NCBI GenBank assembly: GCA_964016885.1 | Contig: OZ024741.1 | Coordinates: 147,002,001-147,066,000, forward strand | From: Eledone cirrhosa | Taxonomy: Eukaryota | Direction of reading: 5' to 3' | Length of the DNA: 64,000 bases | In this document: piece after piece, positions 27,708 to 41,704 of the stretch | Layout: each line of letters starts with the position of its first letter | How positions within the stretch are numbered: position 1 is the first letter of the stretch | The notes under the pieces: model-generated | What the model saw: only the letters and a program-made list of their open reading frames with translations | Database searches by the model: none | What the model was told of the DNA's origin: nothing | Made by a program: the position numbers and the translations under genes

Positions 27708-28371
27708 CGTATCATACATTATTAATGGCATCATCAGTTTCACTGGTGGTGATAAAAGTATAATAAATATGGCTTAGCTAAACTGAATGGAGAATGAATA
27801 ACAATAGAAAGTTGTACAGGGAATTAAATGACACAATTCTGATACATATCACAAACACATAGATAGTGGCTCTTTAAAGACAGAATATGATGGAACATCA
27901 CTTGATTGTCCTTATGGAATAATACATCATTGATCTAATGGAACAAAAACAGGAAACTCAAAAAGCTGCTGATTTGTATATATATATATATGTATGTATA
28001 TGTATATATATATATATATATGTCTGTGTGTGTACATATGGATGTATACATATTTATCTATACATAAATTTGTATATGCATGTATATAATATCTTGATTA
28101 TATCTATACACATGTTTGTGTGTGTGTGTGAGTGTGTGAAGCTGAGGATTTTAAAGGTGAAATATAAACAGCAGATAACATTCATTGAAAAATGACTGTA
28201 TACAGACCTAGTTGAATAAGCTGTACCAATTGAAATATTTCAGTGTTTATCGTAAATCATTTTATTTAGAAAATAATATTTATTCTCAATGGTCAACACC
28301 ATCGTCAGGCCTTTATTTAGGAGTAAATCTTAGTTGATTAACAGTTCTTTTTATTTATATATATAATATAT

Positions 28372-28404
<33 letters not shown>

Positions 28405-28405
<1 letters not shown>

Positions 28406-29053
28406 TGCATGCTCCGATGGATGTGTAATAGTAATATACGCGAACAGCAAAGCATAAACGAATTGAGAGAGAGAGTGAGCATAAGAGAAATCTAATGCTG
28501 TGTGCAGGAGAGGAGGTTGTGTTGGTGTGGACATGTGATGTGTATGAAGAATGACAGCTGCATAAAAAGGCACAGAGCACTAAAAGTCGATGGAAGCCAC
28601 GGAGTGGAGAGACCCAAGAAGACCTGGGATGAGGTGATAAAAGCCGACCTTACCCAATTGCACCTCTCAAAGGCAATGACACAGGACCGTGACCTCTGGC
28701 ATCATGCAGTAATACAGAAGACCTGACTTCCCACGGGTACAAGCAAAAGCTGAAGTATATAGACAATATGCCCCCACCCCCACCCACTGCAACGTGGAGG
28801 TATCATGACATAAAAGCACCCAGCCCACACTGTAAGTGGATGTGTAGGCGCAACGGAAAAAAAAGCACCCAGCACTCACTGTAAATGAGGTTGGTATTAG
28901 GAAGGGCATCCAGCTGTAGAACTCAAGCCAACATCAGTTCCCATATGAGCAAGACAAGGTCACCCGACCTGGCACTGCCCACAACAAGACAACCCATCTA
29001 ACCCATGCTAGCATGGAAGAATGAATGTAAAACGGTGATGATGATGATGATGA
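28405..29053 (+). mobile_element. RTE LINE 3' fragment
   Basis: MLRWMCNSNIREQ..QERRL.W.GHV..RPKKTW; UTR and (GAT)n tail; (TA)n on both sides. Confidence 0.9.
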
Positions 29054-29158
29054 TATATATATCGACAGTCAATCGACAAGATCCCAGGCCTCATTCGTTT
29101 AACAAGATCACAACCTCATAATTGCGAATCCAATTCTGTAACCACTCAGCCAAGCACC

Positions 29159-29202
<44 letters not shown>

Positions 29203-30114
29203 AGCATTTTTGGGGCAGGCTGGTACATTCCAAGTTACATATTACGGAATGGAAAGAAGAATATACTCAAACAAACAATATTTTCATGATATTTCTTACG
29301 AAAGAAAAGAAATGGAGTATCATGATGTCAAGCTGAGCACTGCTTCTGAATATGTATTTGACTTTATAGACTATGTGCACCATATCCCAGCATCTCATAA
29401 TATGCAACAAAAGGCTTATTGTCACCTACACACATTATATGATGGGTTTTTGCAGATTCTGTTTACCAAATTTCACTCACAAGGCATTGGTCAACACAAG
29501 GATATAGCAGAAAAATGGTGCACAATGTGCCATGCAGTGAGATTAAATTCAAAACCACATGGTTGTAATGCTAACTCTTTAAACACAGAGTCATGCCTCC
29601 ATATACCCACACGCGTGTATGAGTATTTTATATATATATATGTACCCATCTGCAAATGGAGTCGTAGGGACACCATGGTGGCAGTTGGTATGTCTTGGGC
29701 ATTTTAAATCTGGCAGAGCCTATCATTTTCCTGGTCTCTTCCAGAGGAGAGAGAGGAAGTGAGAAAGAGAGATAGGGGAATAATGGACTGGTACCTTTTT
29801 TATTGACCTCAAGAAAATGAAAACAAAGTTGACTTCAGCAAGTTTTGAACTCAAAGCACAATATATATATATCAACATCATCGTCATCACTTGACATCTG
29901 CTTTACGATAACTGCATGGATTGAATAAGTCCTCTCCAGCACCCAGTTGCAGTCTTCTTTTGTCAGGTACAGTGTTTCGAGATCAGCTCTTTGCCTTCCT
30001 CTACTTTCATGTGTGCGTATGTGTGTGTGTGTGTGTGTGTGAGTGTGTGAAGCTGAGGATTTTAAAGGTGAAATATAAACAGCATATAACATTCATTATA
30101 TATGAACACACACA

Positions 30115-30158
<44 letters not shown>

Positions 30159-31489
30159 GTGTGTATATGTGTGTCTGTGCAGTACTCTGGACAGAATAGA
30201 GTCAATATCAAGAATAGTCAATAACTTTGGAGATTTACAATAGACGACAACAAAACCCTATCAACAAAAGACAGATCAATACAGAAAGGTAACAACCAAT
30301 AACCAATAAAAAGTAAAATATCACAAGATAAAAATATCCTCTTGAACATTCATAGAAGTTAGAAAGCCAAAACGGAAATCTTTATTGTAATATAGATCTA
30401 TCAAAAATTGTAGTAATGTTGGAGATGTATAACTAGCTACATTGCCTCTCTCACCCAATATTTATGCTATTTATGAGACCTTAACTTCTGATTGATTTGT
30501 GAGGGTGTCATCGTGACATATGACAGGTATTTAAACCTGGCAGTTCCATCTCATTGTAGATCAGCGCATAGTCAATTTCTTGCAGAGAAATTAGAAAGAG
30601 ACACAGCAAAAGAGAAGTGAGAAAGAGATATAGAGGAAGAATCAACCACAGTATTGGACTGGTACTATATTCATGGACCTCAAAAGGATGAAAGGCAAAG
30701 TTAACCTTAATGAAATTTGAACTCAGAGCCCAGAACACTGGAGCCAATACTGCAATGCATTCAACTCAAAATTCTAACAACTCTGCTATTTGGGTGCCTT
30801 AAAATGTCCTCCTTAATTCTTACCTCTGCCCTCCAATTTCCTGCACTTTCCCTCACCAAACCCTTCCCCTAGCCAATGTACCATACTGTCCATGTAACCA
30901 GGCATGGTATTAGAACCACTTGATCTTCTCCTTCCGATAATATCCATCCACACACTCGTATACTCACTGTACCATGTCACCCATGTAAGATGAGTTGACT
31001 TTAGTCCTGTCTGTAATAACCCCCTCCCCACCCTGCTATTATACCTATTAGTCCACTTCCTACCTTCAACATAGTGGTTGCATTAAAAAACAGCCCTAAA
31101 AATGATGATGATATATATGCTCCTCATCATCATCCTTTTAAGTCCACTGTTCCAGGCTCACATGTGTTGGACAGGTCTTTTCTGGCACATAATCTCTCCA
31201 CTCATCATGTTCCTTCATTAATTCCTCTGTGGGCTTCAGTGACTTTAAATCAGCTTTCACCACTTACTCCTAGGTTTTACTTGGTCTACCTTTACTGTGG
31301 CTTCCTTCCATTGGGATTTCTTGGCAATTTTTCACTTAGTGACCATCATCCATTTGCATCACATGTCCATACCAGTGCACTCTTCTCTCTAGCATACTAC
31401 ATCTGATCCCTCTGTGCTTTGTCTTTCACTCACATTAACCTTGTACGTCCATCATCCTTCATTGCATATTTTCTGCATCCACTTTCCCA

Positions 31490-32110
31490 AAATTACATTG
31501 ACAATGCTCTTCGGAAAATGTTGGCAGTACCAGTGAGTAAAATGTTTTGAATTTCTTTTATACAAAATGCACCTGGCATATGATCCAAGAATTTATCAGT
31601 TCCCTTGTTTATCAGCCTCAGTTCTCCAACTATAACTGGAGTTGTGATGACTTTCATACCCAACATTTTTTTAATCTCTATTTCAAGATCCTTGTACTTC
31701 GAAATTTTGTCAAATATTTTAAAAGGCTCATTGCTATCAGTACGTACCTGTCAATGTGTATTGTGAAATCCCACATATTATGATATTACAAATTTCTGTT
31801 ATTGGGTCTGGATGTGTTGATACCAGTTTTTCATTGTTTTAGTTCCATAAAATTTGCATATTTACCAGTGGATCTACTGCTCCACTCTGTCATGTCTCTG
31901 TTAAGTTGGTGCAGGCAAATATTAGGTAATTTACTGTTTCAGTATTTCTGTCGCAGAGCCTGCATTTTGAATCATTATTTTCTATCATTATGTTTGCCTG
32001 ATAATGTTTGTGGTAAGGCAATTAGTATTGTGCAGCCAGTATAAAATGTTCTGTTTCAGATTTCTGTTGTCTGCATTTTGTTTAGATCAGCTTGCATAAT
32101 TTGAATCAAG
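31490..32110 (-). mobile_element. R4/Dong-clade LINE 3' fragment, degenerate
   Basis: KSETEHFILAAQ..SKCRLCD..HW.ICKFY..KNWYQH..TPVIVG..TANIFRRALSM*. Confidence 0.7.
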
Positions 32111-32139
32111 TTAGTATCACAAGGCTAAATAACATAATA

Positions 32140-33045
32140 TATGCAGCAGCTGCTATTGTTACAAACTTAGATTTACACAAACAAGAATAACAAAACCCAC
32201 AGAAACATGGAAGTCAAAGATACAAATGATAGAAAATAAAAGAAAAAGAATAGAAAAAGAATAGAAAAAGAAACCCCAGAGACTAAGGAATGCCTAAAAC
32301 AAATATTTAAAAAGGCACAAAGAATCCAGAGATATGAAAAGCACCAAATGTATTTTTAACAAAACCAGCTATTTCACTCAAAACCCCAACCAACTCTATC
32401 AGGAACTTAATAGGAACAAAATAGAAGAAAATGTAATGCCCAAAGTAAAAAGAGTGGAAGAGTCCTGGAGAATATTATGAGTAGAAGGAAAAGGGGAATT
32501 ACAAGAACAATGAATACAGCACTTGAACAACTGTGGAAAGGTATTACAACAGATGATGAGCCTAGCATACTGAAAATAGCAAGCAACTGGAAAGTACCAG
32601 GACATGACAAGATCTTAAACTTTTGGTTGAAATATTTAACAAGGACACATGGAGTACTTGTAAAAAAGTTTAATGAGATTCTGACAGAGTCAGAAAAAAC
32701 ACCTGACTAGCACACTAAGAGGGATAACCAGCTTGATACCCAAGAATAATGACACAGCAAACTCCAAAACTACAGGCCCATAACATACCTGCTTACTATA
32801 TACCAAACTTCAACTACAATAGTATCACAGAACCTGACCAAACACCTGGAAAAATATCAACCTGCTTCCAGAAGAACAGAAAGTACACTGCAAAGGCTCT
32901 TATGGTTGTAAAGACCAGTTGCTAATCAATAAAACCATAACAAAAAAGTGAAAAAAAAAAAAAAAAATCTATGGGATAAATTAACTACCAAAAGGCATTT
33001 GACAGGGTTGCACACTAGCCATGAATAAAACCAACAATAAAAACA
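32140..33045 (+). mobile_element. R4/Dong-clade RT N-terminal fragment, degenerate
   Basis: NWKVPGHDKILNFWLK..YRPITYL..LPEEQK..KGSYGCKDQLLINK..YQKAFDRV. Confidence 0.75.
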
Positions 33046-33061
33046 TTTGTTATTATTATTT

Positions 33062-33485
33062 GACTATTTATCCTGACCAACTTTGATGTTGATTTTGACT
33101 GGTTATTGCAGGAAATACTAGGCTACAACTACTAACCTAGGGTAACTCTAGCTTTTTCATATCATTGCTTGTCATTTCACTACTGCTGGTAGTCTAGAAC
33201 CTTTCTCAATATTTGGACTGTTCCCAGTAGACATGTCTTCTGGAGTGGTTCAATCCATTGTGCAAAGTCTATTTTCGACAGGTAGTTTTCAAGGTTCTTT
33301 GTCACTATGCCAAGAGCACCAATCACCACTGGGACAAGATCTCATATTTTAAGTTAGTATAAGCCACTACTTTTTCCTCTCTTCGTTCAATTCTGGTGTC
33401 AAAAGGACTACTACATCTATGAGAGTACAGCTTCTATCCTTCTAAATTACAACAATATCTGGTCTGTTGTGTGCAATCTTCATCT
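33062..33485 (-). mobile_element. R4/Dong-clade LINE 3' fragment
   Basis: KIAHNRPDIVVI..PFDTRIE..VPVVIGALGIVTK..LQKTCLLGTVQILRKVL; ends at (AAT)n. Confidence 0.8.
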
Positions 33486-33610
33486 CATTGATTTTCATGA
33501 TGAGAACATAGCTACAAATTTGTTGGTAAAGAGAGAAGTATGATTCAAACAAGCCTATTTCTACTTAGTACATATTTATTGATTGTGGACAGATAAATTA
33601 TTGTTATTAT

Positions 33611-33787
33611 TAGCAGTATTGGTAGAGGGTTGGACGCCACGCTTTGCAGCATAGAGTTACGGTGGTGTATGGTCTGAGTTCAACTTTGCCTTTCATCCTT
33701 ATGGGGGCCGATAAAATACAGCACCAGTAATTCACTGGGGTAATTACTGGCCTTGTGCCAAAAGTAGAAATAATTATTATTATTATG
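33611..33787 (+). mobile_element. SINE family A
   Basis: Family-A body and (ATT)n tail. Confidence 0.85.
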
Positions 33788-34304
33788 TGAGTATGTATCA
33801 ATGTATAAGCATTTGATGTAATATATATATAGGGGGAAATAAATAAACTGGGGATGTAGGGAGATATTTCATATAAATGAAATTCAAGTATTCTGTACAG
33901 TGAAGTAAGAGAAACCATAGAAAGCCAACGATAATGTCTTACACCATTCAGTTTATATCTCTTTACATTTGAAGTCCAAATCTCACTAGAGTTGATTCAG
34001 TAATTTATCTGTCCACAACCAATAAATATGTACTAAGCAGAAATAGGTTTGTTTGAATCATGCCTCTCTTCACCTACAAATTCGGAGCTATGTTCTCATC
34101 ATGGAAATCAATATTACATATATAACATATATCCATACATAATTTTGGATACACCATTCAGTATGGCTCTCCTCAACCTATTGATATAGATAAAACATGG
34201 TTAAATGGCGGAAACATTAGAGAATCTATTTAAATGCTTTATACTAGTATGATTCATTCCCTTACACTTCGAGTTGTTGCTTTTATTTTTTCATCCAATA
34301 TCTA

Positions 34305-35189
34305 CAGGGTAGCTCAGTTCTTTGAGAATATGCCTTTTAATAGTCCTAGCTTTTTTAAACTTCTAATTATCATTTCTTTTCAGATAAATGATGACATGCA
34401 TTAATCAAATGAATAGGCACGCTGTAATCGTTGCCTTAAAAACAGAGCACAGGGGTTTAGAGATTGCAGGCTTCCTAAAAGTTGCGTGGTCATTTGTTGT
34501 CAAAGCTCACAAAGTGCTGGAAACTGGAAGACATGGATTCTACAGCAGTAGCCAAATAGAAATCATCTGCTAAGAATGCTAGTTACACCAGAACAACAAA
34601 ATGTGTACGAAAAGTCCAGAAAATTATCAACAAGTACCCCATAAAGTCAATTTGTGTCGCTGCTTAGGAGCTCATGGTTTCTAAATACTATCAGAAGAAT
34701 TGTGCATGAAGCCCTTTGATACAAGTTATATGTGATGCTGAGAGGCCAATTCCTGTCTAAAAAGACAAAAGATAACAGACAGACTGATCTGTACAAAGTG
34801 CTAGTTGAGCAAGCTGTAATATCAAGAGCTTGGAATGCTTTGGTTTTTCTCTGATGAGAAAAACTAATTGGCACCAAAAGATCAACTGAAGGAATGACAG
34901 ATCGTTATGCAGAGACCCTAAAGACATTCCAATGCCATGTACACAAGTTTCCAACAACTGTAATGGTTCTGGAAGTTGTGAGCAATGAGGGAGATGTCAT
35001 GTCTGATTTGCACATGTTAACATTTCAGACCTCGTATTGAAGCAGCCATCAATGCTAATGTCAGATTCATTAGGTAGATGCACCAAGAACCGTCTCAACA
35101 TTATTCATGCTAACTTTTTCTCAAAACTCTGCTTCCATGACTTATATACATCCTAATGCAAGTATTCTAAAAAAAATTGAGCAACTCTG
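34305..35189 (+). mobile_element. Internally deleted Tc1/mariner element (maT/DD37D-like)
   Basis: TA|CAGGGTAGCTCA ... TGAGCAACTCTG|TA TIRs; RHAVIVALK..LEIAGFLKVA, FFSDEK, TKFPTTVMVLEVVSNEGDVM, FRPRIEAAINANVRFI*. Confidence 0.8.
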
Positions 35190-36610
35190 TAATGCAACAA
35201 TAAAGTGTTGAAGTCAGTGTAACTGAGTGCACAGTTTACCCTATATAAATAGGACTTGTGCCAAGTAAAAAATACATCATCCTATATTATATTAGGTCAT
35301 ACCGACCATTATATGGGTTTATTAAAATATATACAATCACAGAAATTTTTGATAAAATACTTGAAATACAGGCAATCTTTAGTTTGCTCGACAATGTTGA
35401 TTCACTCAGAATTCACTCAGTTGAATTTATCTCGCCATCATTATCACACTCCATTTCTTTCTTATAAAAAAGGGGTTCTAGCAATGAAATATCTTGAAAT
35501 GTAAGGTAAAAGTATAAACTGTTGCACAAAAGAATAAACAAATATAGAACAGAAAGTATTTTGTTTTTATATAGTTTAATTTCTAAGAAAAAATGTTTTT
35601 TTTCAAAATACGGTACCGATTTTTTTTTTTAATCAGTAATTTTTTCAAATGTTTATTGCAATGATCAGGAATATGCAGTATTTTTAGTTTTTCTCTCGTG
35701 AGCTAAAAGAACAAATTTCAGAAAATGTTGTTCAGCTTAAGACCTTCTCCTTAAAAAGGATGTGTTCTTATACAGAATTTCAGTTACCTACAGACAAAAC
35801 TATCACCTAGAACTCAGAACATAGACATATCCAATCCCTGGCCTGCCTGCCACATCGGTGGATGCACTTCAGTACTGACTCATCCAAACCTTGCTTGTAG
35901 GGAAAGCAGATATCAAAATGACAATGATCACACACACACACAGTGGCCGACTGGACAGGTTGTCAGCTTGCCTGATGGCAAGTAGATAGTATTTTAGCGT
36001 CCCAAACAAAAACTTTGATTTCAAAGAAAATATCAAGTCTTAGACAAAGAATAAAACAATTATATACATATATACACAATTATATACTTATATACACATA
36101 TATATTTATGTGTTGAAGACAATAACTATAATATATCATCCACTTCATCATTGTTTAACATCCATTTTCCATGCTAGCATGGGTTAGATGGGTTGTCCCA
36201 TTAGAGGCAAGTCGGGTCAGGTGACTGTGTCTTGCACATATAGGACTGTCTCTGGCTAGAATTCTACAGCCGGATGCCCTTCCTAATGCCAACCACATTT
36301 ACAGTGTGTGCTGGGTGCTTTTTATCATGACACCTACATGACCACTTTACAGTGTGCGCTGGGTGCTTTTACTCATGACAGCTACAATTATATAATAATA
36401 CATTTATACAGCATACAATGCCATATGATTTTCTTTAAATTCTTTATCTTCCATAGCTTATTTAAAATAGAGAAAATCAAAATAAGATTTTATGCATCCA
36501 GAGAAACAGTTCAACTGATGCCTAGACAGGTAATTGATGAAATGTAACTTTTGCATTTTCACCATTTTTAAGTTATCTTAAAAAAATTGCATTACCTTCT
36601 GGTATCCCTA

Positions 36611-36657
<47 letters not shown>

Positions 36658-36811
36658 CATACATATGCATACACACATTTTTAAGAACATATGTAAGTAT
36701 ATATATATGTATATATAAATATATATATAAATAGATATATATATACATTTACACATACATAAACATATATGTATAAGTATACACACACATCTCCATGTGC
36801 ACACATATATG

Positions 36812-36859
<48 letters not shown>

Positions 36860-36998
36860 AAAGTTAAACAAGGTTCAATGAATACATCAAAGAATGAGTT
36901 TTACAATAGATTGGAAGCACTCAACAGGTAAAGGTTTTCCAGAGTTATTAATATTAATTCAAAATATTAACAAAGTAGATATTCTTGTGATCAATTAT

Positions 36999-37063
36999 AT
37001 TTTATTATACATATTTCAGAGGTACTGAGTTAAGTTCAACAGTACGTCCTCGTCAGATAAAAT
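36999..37063 (-). ncRNA. Type I minimal hammerhead ribozyme motif
   Basis: AUUUUAU-CUGACGA-GGACGUACUG[loop]CAGUACCUCU-GAAA-UAUGUA-UA-AUAAAAU: 7-bp helix I, 9/10-bp helix II, intact core, short helix III. Confidence 0.75.
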
Positions 37064-37550
37064 AAGATGATGCATGACATACCCTGACATAGTAGATGGT
37101 TAAGATTCAGTCATGGTAGTGATTAACTTATGACAAAACTCAATATTTATACCCTAATATTGAGAACATGAGATAACATAATACAAACAATAGAGAGGGT
37201 GCGTGTAATACAGCTTAAAAAATAGATGGCATCAATATAACAGTTATAAATTTATTTTTTTTAAACTACTGGAGAAAGAGGAGGGAAGGAAAGCATAGAG
37301 GAAGAAACAGTTGATGTGATAATATATTTAGTAGGTGGCTTGAAAAAACAGATTTAAAAAAAATGTTTAAACTGTGATATTGATGCCATGTATTTTTTAA
37401 GCTGTATTACACGCACCCTCTCTATTGTTTGTATTATATTATCTCATGTTCTCAATATTAGGGTATAAATATTGAGTTTTGTCATAAGTTAATCACTACC
37501 ATGTCTGAATCTTAACCATCTACTATGTCAGGGTATGTCATGTATCATTT

Positions 37551-37615
37551 ATTTTATCTGATGAGGACGTACTGTTGAACTTAACTCACTACCTCTCAAA
37601 TATGTATAATAAAAT
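37551..37615 (+). ncRNA. Hammerhead motif, mirror copy with GAAA changed to CAAA (likely inactive)
   Basis: AUUUUAU-CUGAUGA-helix II-CAAA-UAUGUAUA-AUAAAAU. Confidence 0.6.
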
Positions 37616-38089
37616 ATAATTGATCACAAGAATATCTACTTTGTTAATATTTTGAATTAATATATATATATATATTAATTCAAAATTCCTGATGATTTCT
37701 AAAGAATGAAACAGTTCTAGTCCTGTAGAATCTCATCTATATTAAAACTTTTATACTCTGCTATGTATTGAGTACCTTACTTACTGTGGTTACCTCTGAT
37801 TCAACCCGGAATAACGTACCTATATATATATATATATATATTTATAAGAATGTTTTTTCTGGAGGGGAAGAGAATCACAGTTCAATAAGTTAATACATTA
37901 GTAAAGAAAGTAGATATTTATTTCATATATAAACGACTTCTACATGACTAGAACTGTTCTGTTTGTTTGAAATCGCCAACATGATTGTGGGATGGGTAGG
38001 GCATAGTGTTAGCAGAGGAGTGGGTAGAAACAAGTGACTCACTTCTACTCCAGTAGGAAAAGACATTACTATATAATTTATATATATTT

Positions 38090-38450
38090 GATATGGTTAC
38101 ATGGTATAGCTCACGGCTAAGGATATAATGAGAAAGATAGCTTTTGAAATGCGAGGCTACAGTCAGATATTGAAAATTCCTTGGACTTAGAAAGTGAGTA
38201 ACTTAAGATGTGATTGTTGATCCCAATACTACTACAAGACATTAGGAGTTGACAATTGTAATATCTTGGACATATATTACATGATGTTGGTGGGATGGAT
38301 TTGAAGGAATTTATCACTACTACACCAAGCAGTAAACAAATCATTTGGTTTGATTGAGCAAAAATAGTCATCAATAAATTTATTGAAATGGAAGTTATGG
38401 TTAAGGATAGAAAAGGATGGAGAGGAAATTTTCATCTAATTTTTGCCTAC
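38090..38450 (+). mobile_element. Old RTE/BovB-like 3' fragment
   Basis: AFEMRGYSQILKIPWT.KVSN..YLGHIL motifs with stops. Confidence 0.55.
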
Positions 38451-41400
38451 CCTCAAACATGAGGCAATGCAATATATATCGTTTCACATCTGCTTTTCCA
38501 TGACTGTTTGTGTTGGAGATGTTCGGTTTTTTTTTCAAGCACAGTACCCTTTCACTCATTGCAGTCCATGATCTCTTCCTTGAGCTTCATTGATTTGTTA
38601 GCTTCCACATCTGCCGAGGCCTTCTTTGGTCTTCCTCTACTGCAGCTTCAGTTCACATGACTTATGTCAACCAACTTCTATTAATAGAGCATTAGCAGTT
38701 TGTCAACCCAAGAATACAGTAGAAAGCACATGCCCAAAATGCTGCATAGTGGGACTGAACCTGGAAGCATATGTCTGCAATGTTTTTAACCACATGACTG
38801 CTTGCACCTATATACATGTTTTTAAATTCATAATACTTTTAGATATGTGAAGTAATAGAAATCAGTATTTAGACATAACTTCATAATTTGGCAGAGGAAA
38901 AGACGACACTTGTTTTATTTTGTTAATCCTATATTTTAGCTTAATTTTATTCATGAAACATAACTACCTTGTTTCAACAATTCCTAATGAAATATACTGC
39001 AATTTCAATTAATGAGAACGTTTAAAAGTTTACTAAAATGATTAATTATTTCAATATTAAAATGGTATTTGTAACATAATTTAACAAAGGGGTTTTATAT
39101 AAAATGTTTAGTTTAAGATTTAAACTTAAATAGAAACCTTTTAAAACAAGTGATTTTGTTTAACAGAAATAGAGTCAATTCTGAGTAGGTTTAAAAGTTA
39201 ATAGTAGTTCTGAACAAAACAGTAAAGCAAACAGTCTAATAGATTATATTCACATTTCTTCCACAACATAAATCTTTAATACAAAACTGCCTGAAACTAA
39301 CTCTGGTTCTACCATACAAAACTGTTTATGTAAGAACCTTTGTTACATTATGCTCCAAATACCAGATAAATAATAAGTTAATTGTTTTACTAAATTTCTC
39401 CAATATTTTAATCATTTTCTTTTGAAATATGGTAATGAAAAGACTAAATTAGAAATAGAAGGTACAGTTATAAACTCATATAGTTATTTCTTAGATATTC
39501 CTTATTTGCTTGTATACTCACACACACATGTCAAAGGAGTGTCTGCACAACCATTACAACCATTCACACACATGCATCTTTAAACATATACACACTGATA
39601 TATAAACATAGGCATATACACATACCTAAGCATATATGTAGATGCAACATGACCAAATGATTAAGAAGTTCACTTCACAATCATTAGGCCCCAGGTTTGA
39701 TCCTGCCACATGGCATCTTGGGCAAGTCTCATTTATAGTTTCAAGTTGGTTCAAGCATGGGAGTGAAGCTCAGTAGATAGAAACAGTTTTGAAGCCTGTC
39801 AGATGAATTCTACTTGTAATTCAAAAGGTCGGCCTTTTCAGACAACGTGTCATGCTAAATCTTCCTGAGAACTACATTTAAGGGTACACATGTATGTGAA
39901 ATGCTCAGCCACTTACACAATTTTATGAACAGGCTGTTCCATTGATCAAACAACTGAAACATTCATCATTGAAACCGACGGAGGGCTATTCCACCTCCCC
40001 ATATATATATATGGCTATATGTATTCACACACACATTGTAATATTTACTATAGCAACTTATTTAAGCATAGCTTAGTATTTAATACAGCACATTATTATC
40101 TTCATTTGATGTTGTATTTAATAGCTAGATATCTTGTTTGGGACTAACCACCTCATAATTAATGACTGCTTAAACAGACAACAGATAACTTTAGTCTTCT
40201 AAACCATTTATTCCTAGAATCAGTGATAACTGCTCTTTACATGCAAAGCAAAACTGTCATTCCTCAAAGTGGCAATTTCTCTGACTGCTTTCTAATTTCA
40301 ACAACCAGGGAACAATCGGATGAGAAATTGTTGATACAATGGATGTGGATGAGTGAGATTGTGTATATCTCTTCTTCAGAAATATCTGTAGTGCCAAGGG
40401 AAGTTTGTCAAAGTTTTGCTTCCTAATTATTACAACTTAGTGTTCAGACAAGTAGCAATATGTTTGAAGTATTTATCTCTTATTCTGTTACATTTTTCTC
40501 TGTGTATATTGTCAGCATTTATATGTATCTGAAAGATATTGTATTGTTATGAACCTGGGAGTGTAAATGTATCTCTTTTCTTTGTGGTCAATATCTTAAT
40601 ATACTGGAGAGTAGTTACTCCAAATAAATAAGCCTGCACAGGGTAGACGTGATCTCCATAAACTGTGAGGAAAACAGAATGTCTATATGAACAGTGACTG
40701 AATAAAATAGATTGCACAGAGTAGAGAGAACTTTTAAACCCTGACAGACAACTTCTCTAGTGCTGATGACACATACAATGCATACAGTCCATGCTGTAAA
40801 CTGTTTGTTGATGGGCATGGGACTCAAACAGACAGAAAAACCCTACCAAACATTCTGGAAAGAATAACATTTACATTAATTGCAAACACAGAACTAACAC
40901 TAATCATGTTAGTGCTGTGCATGGCAGTGTGACTGCCAACCTAGCTATGCACAAGAACCCTCCAATCAATCAATTGTGCATTTTAACTGTTACAGTCATC
41001 AGTTATTGCTATTTACCAATATGTATGAAAATATGTTTACAAAATTTTGGTTTTTGTGTGATGCATAGCTTTCCCACTATATAATGAATTGAGCTGGTCT
41101 ACACAATATTTTTTAAAAAGGATTTTTCTGGTTTTGTTTGAAATAAAAAAAAGCAACATTCTACAGAGTAAAATTAATTTACCTTTGGCTTAGTTATTAG
41201 TGAAAAATAGGATTGACTTTCAAGATTTTGTATTTGGAGTTCCTAACACCAGGAAAAATACTCAAGCATTCAATCATATAAACGTGACAAAAATGTGTTT
41301 CCTCTTCTTTCCACATTAATATCTTTTGATTGTTATGCTCACTGCATTAACCCTTTTGTAATTACCTTTATAATAAAACACGAGTGTCACCTAACTACTT

Positions 41401-41704
41401 TGTGCTAGATTTGTTTGGAAAATGGGAATTCGATATTGCCCTCTCTTACACTGTTGGCAAAAGAGTCTGTGGTTGAACAGCTGCTATCTATAAATATCTA
41501 CCAATCTATTTTCAGACATAGGATGTTGTAATCAAAGAATTAAATTAAATATCATTATACAAACCACATCATTTTTTAAGGGTACTATGCTGGTATTTCT
41601 AATAAAATACATCACCTATGTGTTTCAATTAATTTCAAAAATAAAAAGAAATTGAAAGATTTAGTAAAATAGATAACTTTTCATTATTATGGAGTTGTTT
41701 GTAT

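Larger units (their letters stand above)
36857..37663. mobile_element. Fold-back element 1 (arms 36951-37264 and 37353-37663), probable Penelope-like pLTR derivative
   Basis: About 310-bp near-perfect inverted arms with an ~88-nt spacer; (TA)n flanks; hammerhead motif in each arm. Confidence 0.75.

Noticed and set aside
36597-36608. 12-nt minus-strand microexon (AG|GGATACCAGAAG|GTAATG)
   Set aside because: No polypyrimidine tract and no linked exons; expected by chance.
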